Below are positions 15,345-23,964 of a stretch of 35,231 bases of DNA, one piece after another. Location of the stretch: the IMG/VR virus record IMGVR_UViG_3300020047_008563; one strand, written 5' to 3'. Position 1 is the first letter of the stretch; each line of letters begins with the position of its first letter. Position numbers and translations under genes: made by a program. The notes beneath the pieces are model-generated. The model was given only the letters and a program-made list of their open reading frames with translations. It was not told the DNA's origin and did no database searches. The stretch is from a virus.

Positions 15345-18301
15345 CCGAAGCTCCTTGATGCGGGCAGTTTGTTCGTTCCACGTTTTGCTCCAACAACAAA
15401 AGTGATTGCGCTCAAACTTAAGCCTTCGCCATAGTTTTCATCTTGAACCTCTTCTATGCCTATTTGAATGGCTTGGCATTTTTGGCGCTCCATGAATAGG
15501 CGGAATTGATACAAGGGGTAGGATCCACCGTAAGGCGTGGTATCACCATAAAACGCGTCATCGCCATAATTTGGGGTTGCCAACAGGTCACCCGGATTGA
15601 TGTAGGTTTGTTGCGAAGCATTTTCATTAAAATCATAGGCCACGGTAAGAATGAGGCGATGCAATGACTTATATTCGCCTAGCAAAAGCATCTGATAAAC
15701 GCGCTGATACCCTTGGAGCCCTGCAAAAGAGAGCCATCCGGTGACCGCTTTCATCTTGATAAAGGCGGTGCCATCCAAGTAAAGGCCTGGGGTTTCCTGC
15801 CATGGCGTTCCCGTTGGTGATAAGTATGTGAATAAGTTTTGAAACACTGTGGCGTCGGCCGCCAAGATGTTGGTGAAAATTGACCATTGCTGAAACAAGT
15901 AATCGTAGACAATACATTGGCCCTCGGCCGTGGCGAAACGTATTTGGTTGGTGTTTGGAACCAAGATGGTCGAGGTGATGGTCAAATCATTGTAAGCGTC
16001 AACGTCAACGCCTATGTATGAACAGTTGAGAGACCTATCAAGTAAGTAAATGCCTTTTTCACTTTTGAAAATGATGCCCAAAGGTGTGATTCCTATAGAC
16101 CGTGGATTGATACAGCCCGCATCTGTGGTGATCACTTGAGGTTTTGCGAAATCATCTTGCGTTCCCGTGTCATTGGGGCCGTCACCCGCTGTCAGCATGA
16201 TGATGTTTCGCTTAAAGATGATTAGCTTATCATCCATTTGGGCCAAACCCGTAATGTCTCCGCCAAACGGATTGACAGGCTTGACGAAAAAGTCTGAAAA
16301 CTCGACAGGTACGCCCTGGATAACTTCCTTTGAAAACCCAAAGTTGTTCTTGTTTTCGCTTGGAACATAAACAATTCGGTTTTTGTAGTTACAAATCAAA
16401 GACACGGCGGGCGGTGCAATGTTTTCGAGCACGTCGCCAGTTGTGTAAAGCAGTTGATTGCCGACCAAGTTCGTATTGGTAACCGCATCAACAAAGGTCA
16501 CTGTGTCGGCCGTGGGATCGTTAAACGTTGGGCTTGTGATCGAGGTCACTTTGTAGAATGTTTGACCAAGGGAAGTCGTACGATAAACGCCGATGATTAC
16601 ATCTGTTCGCCCATATGAGGTCCTTTTGGCTGTGAGTCGCAACGTTGGAATAACCACACTTACGTTGACCTTGTTCACTCCCAACACAAGCGTTTGAGGG
16701 ATCGAGGGCGCTGACATGTGGGTCTGACCAAGATTGTCTTTCCACTCATAAACGAAGCAATATTGGTAGGTGCCAGCGTCAATACCTGCGCCGTTTGCAC
16801 CCGCCGTCAATGTTCCTTGCTCAGGGTACAAATGAAAGCCATGCTCAACCACACTCACACCGTCATACATCGACAAAAAGCCACCGGTGAAATGAAGGTT
16901 TTCGGCAAGGGTTGCTCTTAAATAGGTGTTTTGCGAAAGAAATGAAATGTCAGCTTCAATTAAACCCTCTTGAGAAAACGTGACACCTGACTCAACACTC
17001 AAAGGCTCTTTTTTCCCAAGCGCCAACATGAACTCAGAGTCTGAAATCAAACTCACTTCAGGCAAAACGCTCTTGGCTGTAAGTCCCGCGCCCGTGCTTG
17101 TCGCAATTTTCCCCACCAAAAGCTTGTCGGTTGTTGATAGGAAATAGGTTGGTTGGAGTGTGGACTCATAGGCCAAGGTTAAATAAGAAACATCGTTATA
17201 AGTAAAAACCTTAGAAGCAAGCCCGACACTGCGCATAAATACTTCAGGCGTTCCAGGTGTGATGACCGTTGATACTTTTTCAAGCACGCAATCTCGCACA
17301 AGATGGTTGTATGTCGTGGCGGCTGAGATTTCATAAAAGAGCTTTAATGTTTCGTCGGTGGCTGAAGCCACGGAGGTGACAGCACCGGTGATATTTCGCA
17401 CATTGGCCACAGTCTCAACGTCAAAGGCCACGGTTTCGCTCAAGAGCGCGTAGGTCACGGCAAAACAACGCACCTTTGTGCCGTTGTAATACGCAACGTA
17501 GATGATTTGATTGCTTGAGCACCATACCGAGATGCATGTCGTTGGGTCTTCGCCTACTTCTTGATAATCCGAAGAAACAACGAGGTTGCTGTCAAGGTAA
17601 GCCACAGAGCAAGCTCCGATCGAGTTGTTCCAAGCATAGTACACCCTTGTTGTACCACACATACCCGCATCGAAACACGTATTGACCGGATCAACTGCAC
17701 TTGAAAGTGTTGTAGCCGCTGACAACGTGCCAGGGCTGTTGATGACGGCGCGTTTATAAACAAGGTTGGTGCCGTTGTAGTAAATAAAAATTAAGTAATT
17801 TCCTAAAGCAAATGCCTTTGGGCGCTGGCCACTGGCATCAAGAACGGCATCGCTCACCAAGGGTTGATTGGTTGTCGCATCAAGGACGGAATATCTTGTG
17901 CCGCCGCGCGTGTCTTCCCAACAAAACGACTTCAGGCCAGCAGGGTGATAAGCCGAATCCATGGATGATTGCTGGTACCCATTTGACACCACAAATTTGG
18001 AGTTGATCTCAAGGCTGACAGCCTGACCCTTACTCGTGAAACTACCAAGCGCCTCTGAGTAACTTGAGACGTTGATACCATCAAAAGCCACAAGTTCGTC
18101 CTTGTACGCTGCAAGCGCACTTCCTTGGCTGCCAATAGAAGGTAGCTCAGCATAGCCATTGCGTTTATCAAATCGCTTCACACTTAAAAACGTGGCGTTC
18201 TCAAGCAAAAGCATTTTGCCAGGTAGCACTTGCTTGGAATCGGTCTTTGTATCGAGACCCTTCTCAAAAGAAATCGAAACGTTTTGTTTGTTAAGCGCCA
18301 T
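15341..18301 (-). CDS. Large tail structural protein (986 aa), nozzle / tail tubular protein B-like by position
   Basis: Size and position downstream of the adaptor and upstream of the internal proteins, as in T7-like podoviruses; beta-rich repetitive sequence. Confidence 0.5.
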   Translation of the reverse strand: MALNKQNVSISFEKGLDTKTDSKQVLPGKMLLLENATFLSVKRFDKRNGYAELPSIGSQGSALAAYKDELVAFDGINVSSYSEALGSFTSKGQAVSLEINSKFVVSNGYQQSSMDSAYHPAGLKSFCWEDTRGGTRYSVLDATTNQPLVSDAVLDASGQRPKAFALGNYLIFIYYNGTNLVYKRAVINSPGTLSAATTLSSAVDPVNTCFDAGMCGTTRVYYAWNNSIGACSVAYLDSNLVVSSDYQEVGEDPTTCISVWCSSNQIIYVAYYNGTKVRCFAVTYALLSETVAFDVETVANVRNITGAVTSVASATDETLKLFYEISAATTYNHLVRDCVLEKVSTVITPGTPEVFMRSVGLASKVFTYNDVSYLTLAYESTLQPTYFLSTTDKLLVGKIATSTGAGLTAKSVLPEVSLISDSEFMLALGKKEPLSVESGVTFSQEGLIEADISFLSQNTYLRATLAENLHFTGGFLSMYDGVSVVEHGFHLYPEQGTLTAGANGAGIDAGTYQYCFVYEWKDNLGQTHMSAPSIPQTLVLGVNKVNVSVVIPTLRLTAKRTSYGRTDVIIGVYRTTSLGQTFYKVTSITSPTFNDPTADTVTFVDAVTNTNLVGNQLLYTTGDVLENIAPPAVSLICNYKNRIVYVPSENKNNFGFSKEVIQGVPVEFSDFFVKPVNPFGGDITGLAQMDDKLIIFKRNIIMLTAGDGPNDTGTQDDFAKPQVITTDAGCINPRSIGITPLGIIFKSEKGIYLLDRSLNCSYIGVDVDAYNDLTITSTILVPNTNQIRFATAEGQCIVYDYLFQQWSIFTNILAADATVFQNLFTYLSPTGTPWQETPGLYLDGTAFIKMKAVTGWLSFAGLQGYQRVYQMLLLGEYKSLHRLILTVAYDFNENASQQTYINPGDLLATPNYGDDAFYGDTTPYGGSYPLYQFRLFMERQKCQAIQIGIEEVQDENYGEGLSLSAITFVVGAKRGTNKLPASRSFG

Positions 18302-18623
18302 TTCTTAACCACCCATACTTGTAAGACATCAAGATTTTATTAGCTTCTTCGGGTTTTAAACGAGATCCATTAACATAGGCTTCCATTTCCCATTTCCATC
18401 TCCATGGGTTCCATAAAAACGGGCCACACAAAAGATAAAGGAACAAATATTTTAAAATACCGACGCGATTTTGCTGAACTATGTGCATGGTTTCATGCGC
18501 AATTGTTTTAGATGAAAGCGTTACCCCTTTGGGTTTATAAATAGTGTTGCCCAAAGTGGTGGCATTTTTATGGGCAAAAGGAAATGTGAAAATCCAGTAC
18601 CAGGCTTTATCTTTGATTTTCAC
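18291..18623 (-). CDS. Mini HExxH metallopeptidase-like protein (110 aa), DUF4157-like signature
   Basis: NATTLGNTIYKPKGVTLSSKTIAHETMHIVQQ resembles the DUF4157 block ...G..I.F......LLAHEL.HV.QQ. A downstream WEMEAY offers a possible third ligand Glu. GTG at 18623 preceded by AAAGGAGAC is preferred over the TTG at 18641. Confidence 0.55.
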   Translation of the reverse strand: MKIKDKAWYWIFTFPFAHKNATTLGNTIYKPKGVTLSSKTIAHETMHIVQQNRVGILKYLFLYLLCGPFLWNPWRWKWEMEAYVNGSRLKPEEANKILMSYKYGWLRNGA

Positions 18624-18648
18624 CGCGCCGTCTCCTTTCAATAGCCAT

Positions 18649-19851
18649 CTATAACTCGTAAGCTATCAAGTTAAAGGTGTTCACAAATCCTATGGTTGCG
18701 CCAAATTCGACATCATAGGTGTATGTTCCAGCGCCGCCATTATTGTCTACGTGAACAAGGTTAGCTGGAATTTGAAAGAATGTTGCCCCTCCTAAATCGA
18801 GTTGATATTTACAAATCCTGGTTCCATTTCGTCTGAAGTAGACCACACAACCAAAGCTTGGATCACCATCAAGGACGCTGGCATTAGACCCAGAATCGCC
18901 TTGAACCACGAGTTGAACGGGTCTTCCCGACGTCGTGATAACCACAGGAGCATAAGCCGCGGCGCCGCTATAGGCACCAGAGCCATTGATCCCAACACCG
19001 CCGACGCCAACTGTTGAACCAACCGACCTCGTCGTGGCTTGGCGCATTGAATTGGCACTCCCAGCCGTTGGGGTTGCATTGATGGTTAATGTGTCGCCTG
19101 ATGCATTACCAAGTGTTGTGTTGCCATTGACCGTTGCGTCGCCAGTAAACGTTGAATTGCCAGAAACCGACAACGATCCCGCAGAAACCGCGCCAGAAAC
19201 TGAAAGGCTGGCCAAACTAGGAGCATCCGTAAAAGACAACGCGCCGGTGTTTGAAGATTGTAACAACTTAGTCGATGCTGGCAATGCTCCTGGCCATGTC
19301 ATCGTATAATCTGAGACTAAGGTCACATCAGGCTGAAACGTAATACCTGGAGCCGATAAAGATTCACGCCGAAAGGTGAAGGGCCCAAAATCCATGGCCG
19401 CGGCTTTGTTGGTGTCTTGGGTAAAGGAGAAAGTTTTGGAGGCCGACGTGTAGAAGACCGAAGCCGTGGAGGTGGTGTAATCTCCTCCAATAGCTCCAAT
19501 CGACGCAGCGTTTAAGCCGCCGCCGGCCGTAAGTTGAATCTGTACACCGTTGCCGTCATTGTACCAAAGGTCAATCCCGGATCGGTAAACACATCCTAAA
19601 TCTGAAACGGTGCCAAGAGGTGAGATGTTGGCCGTAAGACGAAGGGACCTAAAGCCCGTCGCATTAAAGTCACCAAAATCCAAATCTCCGTTGATATTGA
19701 TACCCGCTGTAGGTACTTTGACACCTTTGCCCGTGGTGTGATCATGAGCATCAATGACACCAAAGGCGCTGTTGTTTTCTGTCGCATACAATGGCCCCGG
19801 AGTTATGGTTGGATCCGGTAGGAGTAGATTCATGTATGGGGTCGTGCTCAT
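18649..19851 (-). CDS. Tail fibre/spike-like structural protein (400 aa)
   Basis: N-terminal YMNLLLPDPT...NNSAFGVIDAHDH resembles fibre N-termini; central SLSVSGAVSAGSLSVSGNSTFTGDATVNGNTTLGN beta-helix-like repeats; AAGGAG SD. Confidence 0.55.
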   Translation of the reverse strand: MSTTPYMNLLLPDPTITPGPLYATENNSAFGVIDAHDHTTGKGVKVPTAGININGDLDFGDFNATGFRSLRLTANISPLGTVSDLGCVYRSGIDLWYNDGNGVQIQLTAGGGLNAASIGAIGGDYTTSTASVFYTSASKTFSFTQDTNKAAAMDFGPFTFRRESLSAPGITFQPDVTLVSDYTMTWPGALPASTKLLQSSNTGALSFTDAPSLASLSVSGAVSAGSLSVSGNSTFTGDATVNGNTTLGNASGDTLTINATPTAGSANSMRQATTRSVGSTVGVGGVGINGSGAYSGAAAYAPVVITTSGRPVQLVVQGDSGSNASVLDGDPSFGCVVYFRRNGTRICKYQLDLGGATFFQIPANLVHVDNNGGAGTYTYDVEFGATIGFVNTFNLIAYEL

Positions 19852-19860
19852 TTTTCTCCT

Positions 19861-20172
19861 TTAAAAAACCAGTATATCAACCGTCGCCACAGCGTCGGAA
19901 ATTAAGTTAAGGGTTAAATTAGGTAAAGGGTTTGTATCTTGAGTGTCGTAAATATTTGCAGCAGCGCGTTTTCTAACAATGACCCACCCGATCAGCCTTC
20001 TTGCCAAAGTATGGTTGATTGTATTTGATCCTACGACCAAGGGCACATTGGTTAAGATTGTGGAGTCGCTCAAGGGCAATTGCTGTAAATCCGTCAGCGC
20101 CGAAGTAATGTAGTCTTGAATGAGAGAGAGGTCTCGATTGTTCGTGTTGACTCTGGGAACTGAACGAATCAT
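19861..20172 (-). CDS. Small virion-module protein (103 aa)
   Basis: ATGA coupling to 20169-20891; position in the tail module. Confidence 0.5.
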   Translation of the reverse strand: MIRSVPRVNTNNRDLSLIQDYITSALTDLQQLPLSDSTILTNVPLVVGSNTINHTLARRLIGWVIVRKRAAANIYDTQDTNPLPNLTLNLISDAVATVDILVF

Positions 20173-20891
20173 AATCCGTCAAACCCATCGTAAAATCCAC
20201 CGCCTCCATAAAGATCGTAGCCAGTAAGCACGTCGGATACCCTTTGAGGAGATCCAGCGTCACGGTTCTCCGCGGCTTCTTCAATGCGTTTGATGATTTG
20301 GGCTTGTTGGGCAATGAACGGTGTGACATCGCTTTCCTCCTTGGCCATCATGGCAACACACATATCCAAAATGATGTAGAGCTCCCACCCTGACACACCG
20401 TCAATTAAGTCGGCGTCATCTGTAAGCTCAACAGGTCGAATGCTATCAAAAACTCGAAACACCTGACCGGCATTTGGGATAGGGCTAAACCAAAGCTTGT
20501 TCCCGCGTATTTTGTACCGGGTTGAAATACGCCCGATTGCTGTAGGAACTGTTTTAAGTACAAATCGGTTACGCTCGGCCATCATAAAGGGTTTGAGCGT
20601 GTACCATGCACTTGGATCGCTTAAGTTCACCGACATATCAACGCCGGCTAGCTTGTAGAAATCTTCAGGCAAATCAAAAGTGTCGTTGATCCCGTCCGCT
20701 GTAATAAGGAAGGGATCGCCGACAAAATAATCATCGCCAAATTTCTGAACCAGGATGTCATACAAAGCTTTGTATCCATGCGTCGCATAATTATTCATCT
20801 CGGGTTCAGTGAAAAACGTCGAATTGACGCGATCACAGCGTTCCCGAGCTTGCTGCTTGATACTTCCCAATGTGATGACACCCACGGCCAT
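20169..20891 (-). CDS. Head-tail adaptor / tail tubular protein A-like candidate (240 aa)
   Basis: Position after the capsid genes and before the tail genes; no motif recognised with certainty. Confidence 0.4.
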   Translation of the reverse strand: MAVGVITLGSIKQQARERCDRVNSTFFTEPEMNNYATHGYKALYDILVQKFGDDYFVGDPFLITADGINDTFDLPEDFYKLAGVDMSVNLSDPSAWYTLKPFMMAERNRFVLKTVPTAIGRISTRYKIRGNKLWFSPIPNAGQVFRVFDSIRPVELTDDADLIDGVSGWELYIILDMCVAMMAKEESDVTPFIAQQAQIIKRIEEAAENRDAGSPQRVSDVLTGYDLYGGGGFYDGFDGL

Positions 20892-20894
20892 ACT

Positions 20895-21101
20895 TTATGA
20901 CTCCATTTCTGCTTCTTCGTGTGGCACCATTTCACAGGCACTCACGAAGGCTTTTAAAGCACTCCCAAGCATTTTGGCGTCTTTGGATTCCACGGCTGAA
21001 ATGATGTCACTCGCTATGGTTTCGTATTCATCGCCTTCAGGGGCCTCCTCTTCAACAGGGCCCCCGATCATTAACGCTATGTCTTTTGGTGATTTGCTCA
21101 T
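20895..21101 (-). CDS. Small highly acidic protein (68 aa)
   Basis: AAGGAG SD; roughly a quarter of residues are Asp/Glu. Confidence 0.55.
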   Translation of the reverse strand: MSKSPKDIALMIGGPVEEEAPEGDEYETIASDIISAVESKDAKMLGSALKAFVSACEMVPHEEAEMES

Positions 21102-21110
21102 AGCTCTCCT

Positions 21111-21530
21111 TTAGAAACTAAATGGATCTACGTTAGAGTTTCTGGCAATTACTTCAAAGTACAAGTACGCGCCACTTGTTGGGTCTGCAGCAGAACCAGC
21201 ATAATTAAGCGTTTTAAATGAAAATGCGTTATTGGTTACAAAATCACTCTGAAAGTTTGCAGGGGTTGCGTTGTAAAGCTCAGCTTCCGCAATACCTGAG
21301 TTTCCAGAGGCCGAAACAAGCCACGCTTTGAAACTCATGAGTTTGTTGTATTTGTCAGCCAAAGTGACCGTGTAATCTCCAGTGCCGTTTCTAACGACAC
21401 TCAACACACCGCCGCCTTTAACAGTTCCCGAAGTCACCGCGCCGGTTGAACCCACGACGAAACGACCATTGATCCTCACCGTGCTTTGTTCAAAAGCATA
21501 GGTAGGTTGTTTTAAATATCTGTTTGCCAT
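21111..21530 (-). CDS. Capsid-associated protein (139 aa), decoration/accessory candidate
   Basis: First gene after the capsid-gene terminators, AAAGGAGAGAG SD, beta-rich. Confidence 0.45.
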   Translation of the reverse strand: MANRYLKQPTYAFEQSTVRINGRFVVGSTGAVTSGTVKGGGVLSVVRNGTGDYTVTLADKYNKLMSFKAWLVSASGNSGIAEAELYNATPANFQSDFVTNNAFSFKTLNYAGSAADPTSGAYLYFEVIARNSNVDPFSF

Positions 21531-21546
21531 TTTACTCTCTCCTTTT

Positions 21547-21568
21547 GAAAACCAGGTTCTACGCCTGG
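21547..21568 (-). terminator. Hairpin + U-run (distal of two) downstream of the major capsid gene
   Basis: Minus strand: CCAGG cguagaa CCUGG UUUUC. Confidence 0.45.
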
Positions 21569-21595
21569 AGGGTAGTACGATCTGGCCTTACCCCA

Positions 21596-21633
21596 AGAAC
21601 CAGAAAGGGAGGAGCCCCACATGAGGCCCCTCC
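21596..21633 (-). terminator. GC-rich hairpin + U-rich tail (proximal) downstream of the major capsid gene
   Basis: Minus strand: GGAGGGGCC ucaugugg GGCUCCUCC CUUUCUGGUUCUU; 9-bp stem with one mismatch. Confidence 0.5.
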
Positions 21634-21647
21634 AGTTCTATGTGTCG

Positions 21648-22862
21648 TTAGCTCAATTGAACCACGATGTTTTTGCCAGGATCGTTGCATCCAAGCTGAG
21701 CGTAGTAACCGATACGCACTTCGGAGGCGTCACTGTTTGACACACGAAGCATGTCAAGGTTGTCGCCGTATTTTAGAATCATTGGCGCATCGCCAAGGCA
21801 TTCAAGTTTCCATGTATCCATGTCAAGCATGTACATAAGTTTGCTTGGGCATGAGCGATCTGGGAACACATCCACGAAAGATGTAGGACCGTTGATTCTG
21901 ATACCTCGGAAACCAACCTCAGCAGGGCCTTTGAGGTCGATGTACTGAACTTTCGATCCCAAAGATTTTTCCAAGTTGGTGTAGTCTGAGAAGCTTGTGA
22001 CAGCCTTCGAGACGTTTCCACCTTCTCGGCCTACCAAACCAAGAGCGTCAAGCGCAGCTTCTTCGATCGTTTGAGAACGGCCGTCCCATCGGAGACCACC
22101 CAAACGAGAATCAACGCTACGATCAACACCAAAGAATGGGGTTGAAGTTGGAGCGGTTAAAGGTAACCAAGCGCCAAGACCCTTGATTTTGAGGTTGTTA
22201 TCGCCTTGAACAAGCAAGGAGTCGGCTGCTGTCCATCCTGAAGGGGTACCAGCGGCACCGCCGTAGCCCACGTCAGACACGGTCAATGTACCAGCGGCAC
22301 GGTTGACAGCGATGACATAGCCCAAAGCAGCACGAGGTGTACCACCATCGGTTGCATTGGCTTGCAAGACCTGGTTGAGCTCGAACTGAACGATGTCGCC
22401 GGCGTTGACCAAAGTGATCACACCCGTTGAAATCGTGCTGATCGCGCCGATTGTACCGGTTCCAGTTCTAAAAAGAGCTGAACACAATGAGTTCACACAC
22501 TGGCTCAAAGCTCTGTCGATCAGAACCTTAGAACCTTGCATAAATGACATTGGGTCGGTTTCAGAAGCCAACATCAACTCATTTTGAATCGTGGCAATCG
22601 AGTAATCGCTCGCACGTGTCAAAAGGAAGTGGTCGATGCTTGCGGATGTTTGGTTGGCCAAAGCTGTCGCAAAGGTCGCCGATCGTCCTTGTGAGTTGTT
22701 GTAGATGATAGGTAGGGGTTTGTATTTACCTCCGAAGTCATGACTTTTTGGGATCATGGCCAAGAAGGGGTTGTTTGTATAAGTTGCAATCTGGATCTTT
22801 TGTCCATCATACAACTCTTTGAGCATCGCATTGGCGCTCGTAGTATTTAAAACGGTTTCCAT
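21648..22862 (-). CDS. Major capsid protein (404 aa)
   Basis: Position after portal and scaffold, typical size, 140-nt leader gap with AGGAGA SD, hairpin terminators immediately downstream. Confidence 0.75.
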   Translation of the reverse strand: METVLNTTSANAMLKELYDGQKIQIATYTNNPFLAMIPKSHDFGGKYKPLPIIYNNSQGRSATFATALANQTSASIDHFLLTRASDYSIATIQNELMLASETDPMSFMQGSKVLIDRALSQCVNSLCSALFRTGTGTIGAISTISTGVITLVNAGDIVQFELNQVLQANATDGGTPRAALGYVIAVNRAAGTLTVSDVGYGGAAGTPSGWTAADSLLVQGDNNLKIKGLGAWLPLTAPTSTPFFGVDRSVDSRLGGLRWDGRSQTIEEAALDALGLVGREGGNVSKAVTSFSDYTNLEKSLGSKVQYIDLKGPAEVGFRGIRINGPTSFVDVFPDRSCPSKLMYMLDMDTWKLECLGDAPMILKYGDNLDMLRVSNSDASEVRIGYYAQLGCNDPGKNIVVQLS

Positions 22863-23002
22863 TTTCGGTCTCCTAGTTAGGTCAAATTGTTAATTGGGTT
22901 TTTCGTGCGTGTCTTCGCCCAAAACAAATGACTTCAGAGACCGCTGTATGCGTGCGGTGAGAAAACGGTTGACTTCGTTAAAAGTATTACATGAGTGCTT
23001 TT

Positions 23003-23944
23003 TTACTTCAAGCCTTTAATTGTTTTGAACTTCTCCAAGGCGGCCGCCATGCGTTCTTCGTCGGTACGGATACGGCTTGGATTTTCTGGCTGGGTCGTAG
23101 GCGTCATCTGATTGGTCAGTGACTTAGCTTGAGCCACGGCACTCGGAGCGGGCTTAGTTTCGGGAGCCTTAGGAGCAAGGGGTTGATACCTGCTTTTGAA
23201 TTTGGTTGTGTTTGCAACATCGTTAAAGGCTTTTTCCTCAAGCTCTTTTTCTACGGCGTCGGCGGCTACGTCATAGCTAATGTTTTTGTTCATTTTCCAG
23301 CCGGCTTGGATAACTGCGAGAACATAGTCATGTTGACCCAAACTATTGATGAGCTCCCATTTAGGATTGGCTTTTATCTGTTCCTTGGTGCTGTCAAAAA
23401 ACTCTTGAAGCTGTCGATCATAGTTCTCTTTGTCAGCTTTGGTTTTTTCTTCAAGGTTCTGCTTGTCGCGCCCTTCAAGTTGGGATCTTAATTCTGCAAT
23501 CTCAGCCATGGCCCTCTCAAAGGCCACGTTGGCAGGCATTCCTCCGCCATTGAGTTGATACTGTGTAAGCTTATCGTAATTAAGATCAGCCGCTTCAAGC
23601 CATTTATTGGGATCGGTAGCAGCTTCTTTTTTTAGGTTCTCATATTTTTGGTATTCAGCGCGAAGGGATTCTAGTTCTTTTTCCTTAGCGGCCACGGCTT
23701 GTGTGCGAGCCACCAAAGCTTTTTCCTTGCGAGCCAGTACCGCAAAAGCGTCATAAGTTTTGGCCTTATCGGGTGTGGGTTTTTCCACCTCTGTGGGTTC
23801 AGTGGGTGGAACGGGTTGAGCATCGGGTTGTGCTTCACCATTTTGTGGTGTGACTGTTTGGGTCCCGGTCGGTAGCGTCTTCCCATCTTCTTTAACTGGG
23901 GCTGAGGTTGTAGGGGTTGCTTGGGGCGTGACTTCGGTTAGCAT
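23003..23944 (-). CDS. Scaffolding protein (313 aa)
   Basis: Between the portal and capsid genes; P/T/Q-rich N-terminus, then a long charged coiled-coil; AAGGAG SD. Confidence 0.6.
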   Translation of the reverse strand: MLTEVTPQATPTTSAPVKEDGKTLPTGTQTVTPQNGEAQPDAQPVPPTEPTEVEKPTPDKAKTYDAFAVLARKEKALVARTQAVAAKEKELESLRAEYQKYENLKKEAATDPNKWLEAADLNYDKLTQYQLNGGGMPANVAFERAMAEIAELRSQLEGRDKQNLEEKTKADKENYDRQLQEFFDSTKEQIKANPKWELINSLGQHDYVLAVIQAGWKMNKNISYDVAADAVEKELEEKAFNDVANTTKFKSRYQPLAPKAPETKPAPSAVAQAKSLTNQMTPTTQPENPSRIRTDEERMAAALEKFKTIKGLK

Positions 23945-23964
23945 GTATCTCCTTGGTTAACATT

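Noticed and set aside
19973-20329. 118-aa alternative-frame ORF spanning the 103-aa/240-aa gene junction
   Set aside because: It overlaps two ATGA-coupled genes out of frame and has no SD.
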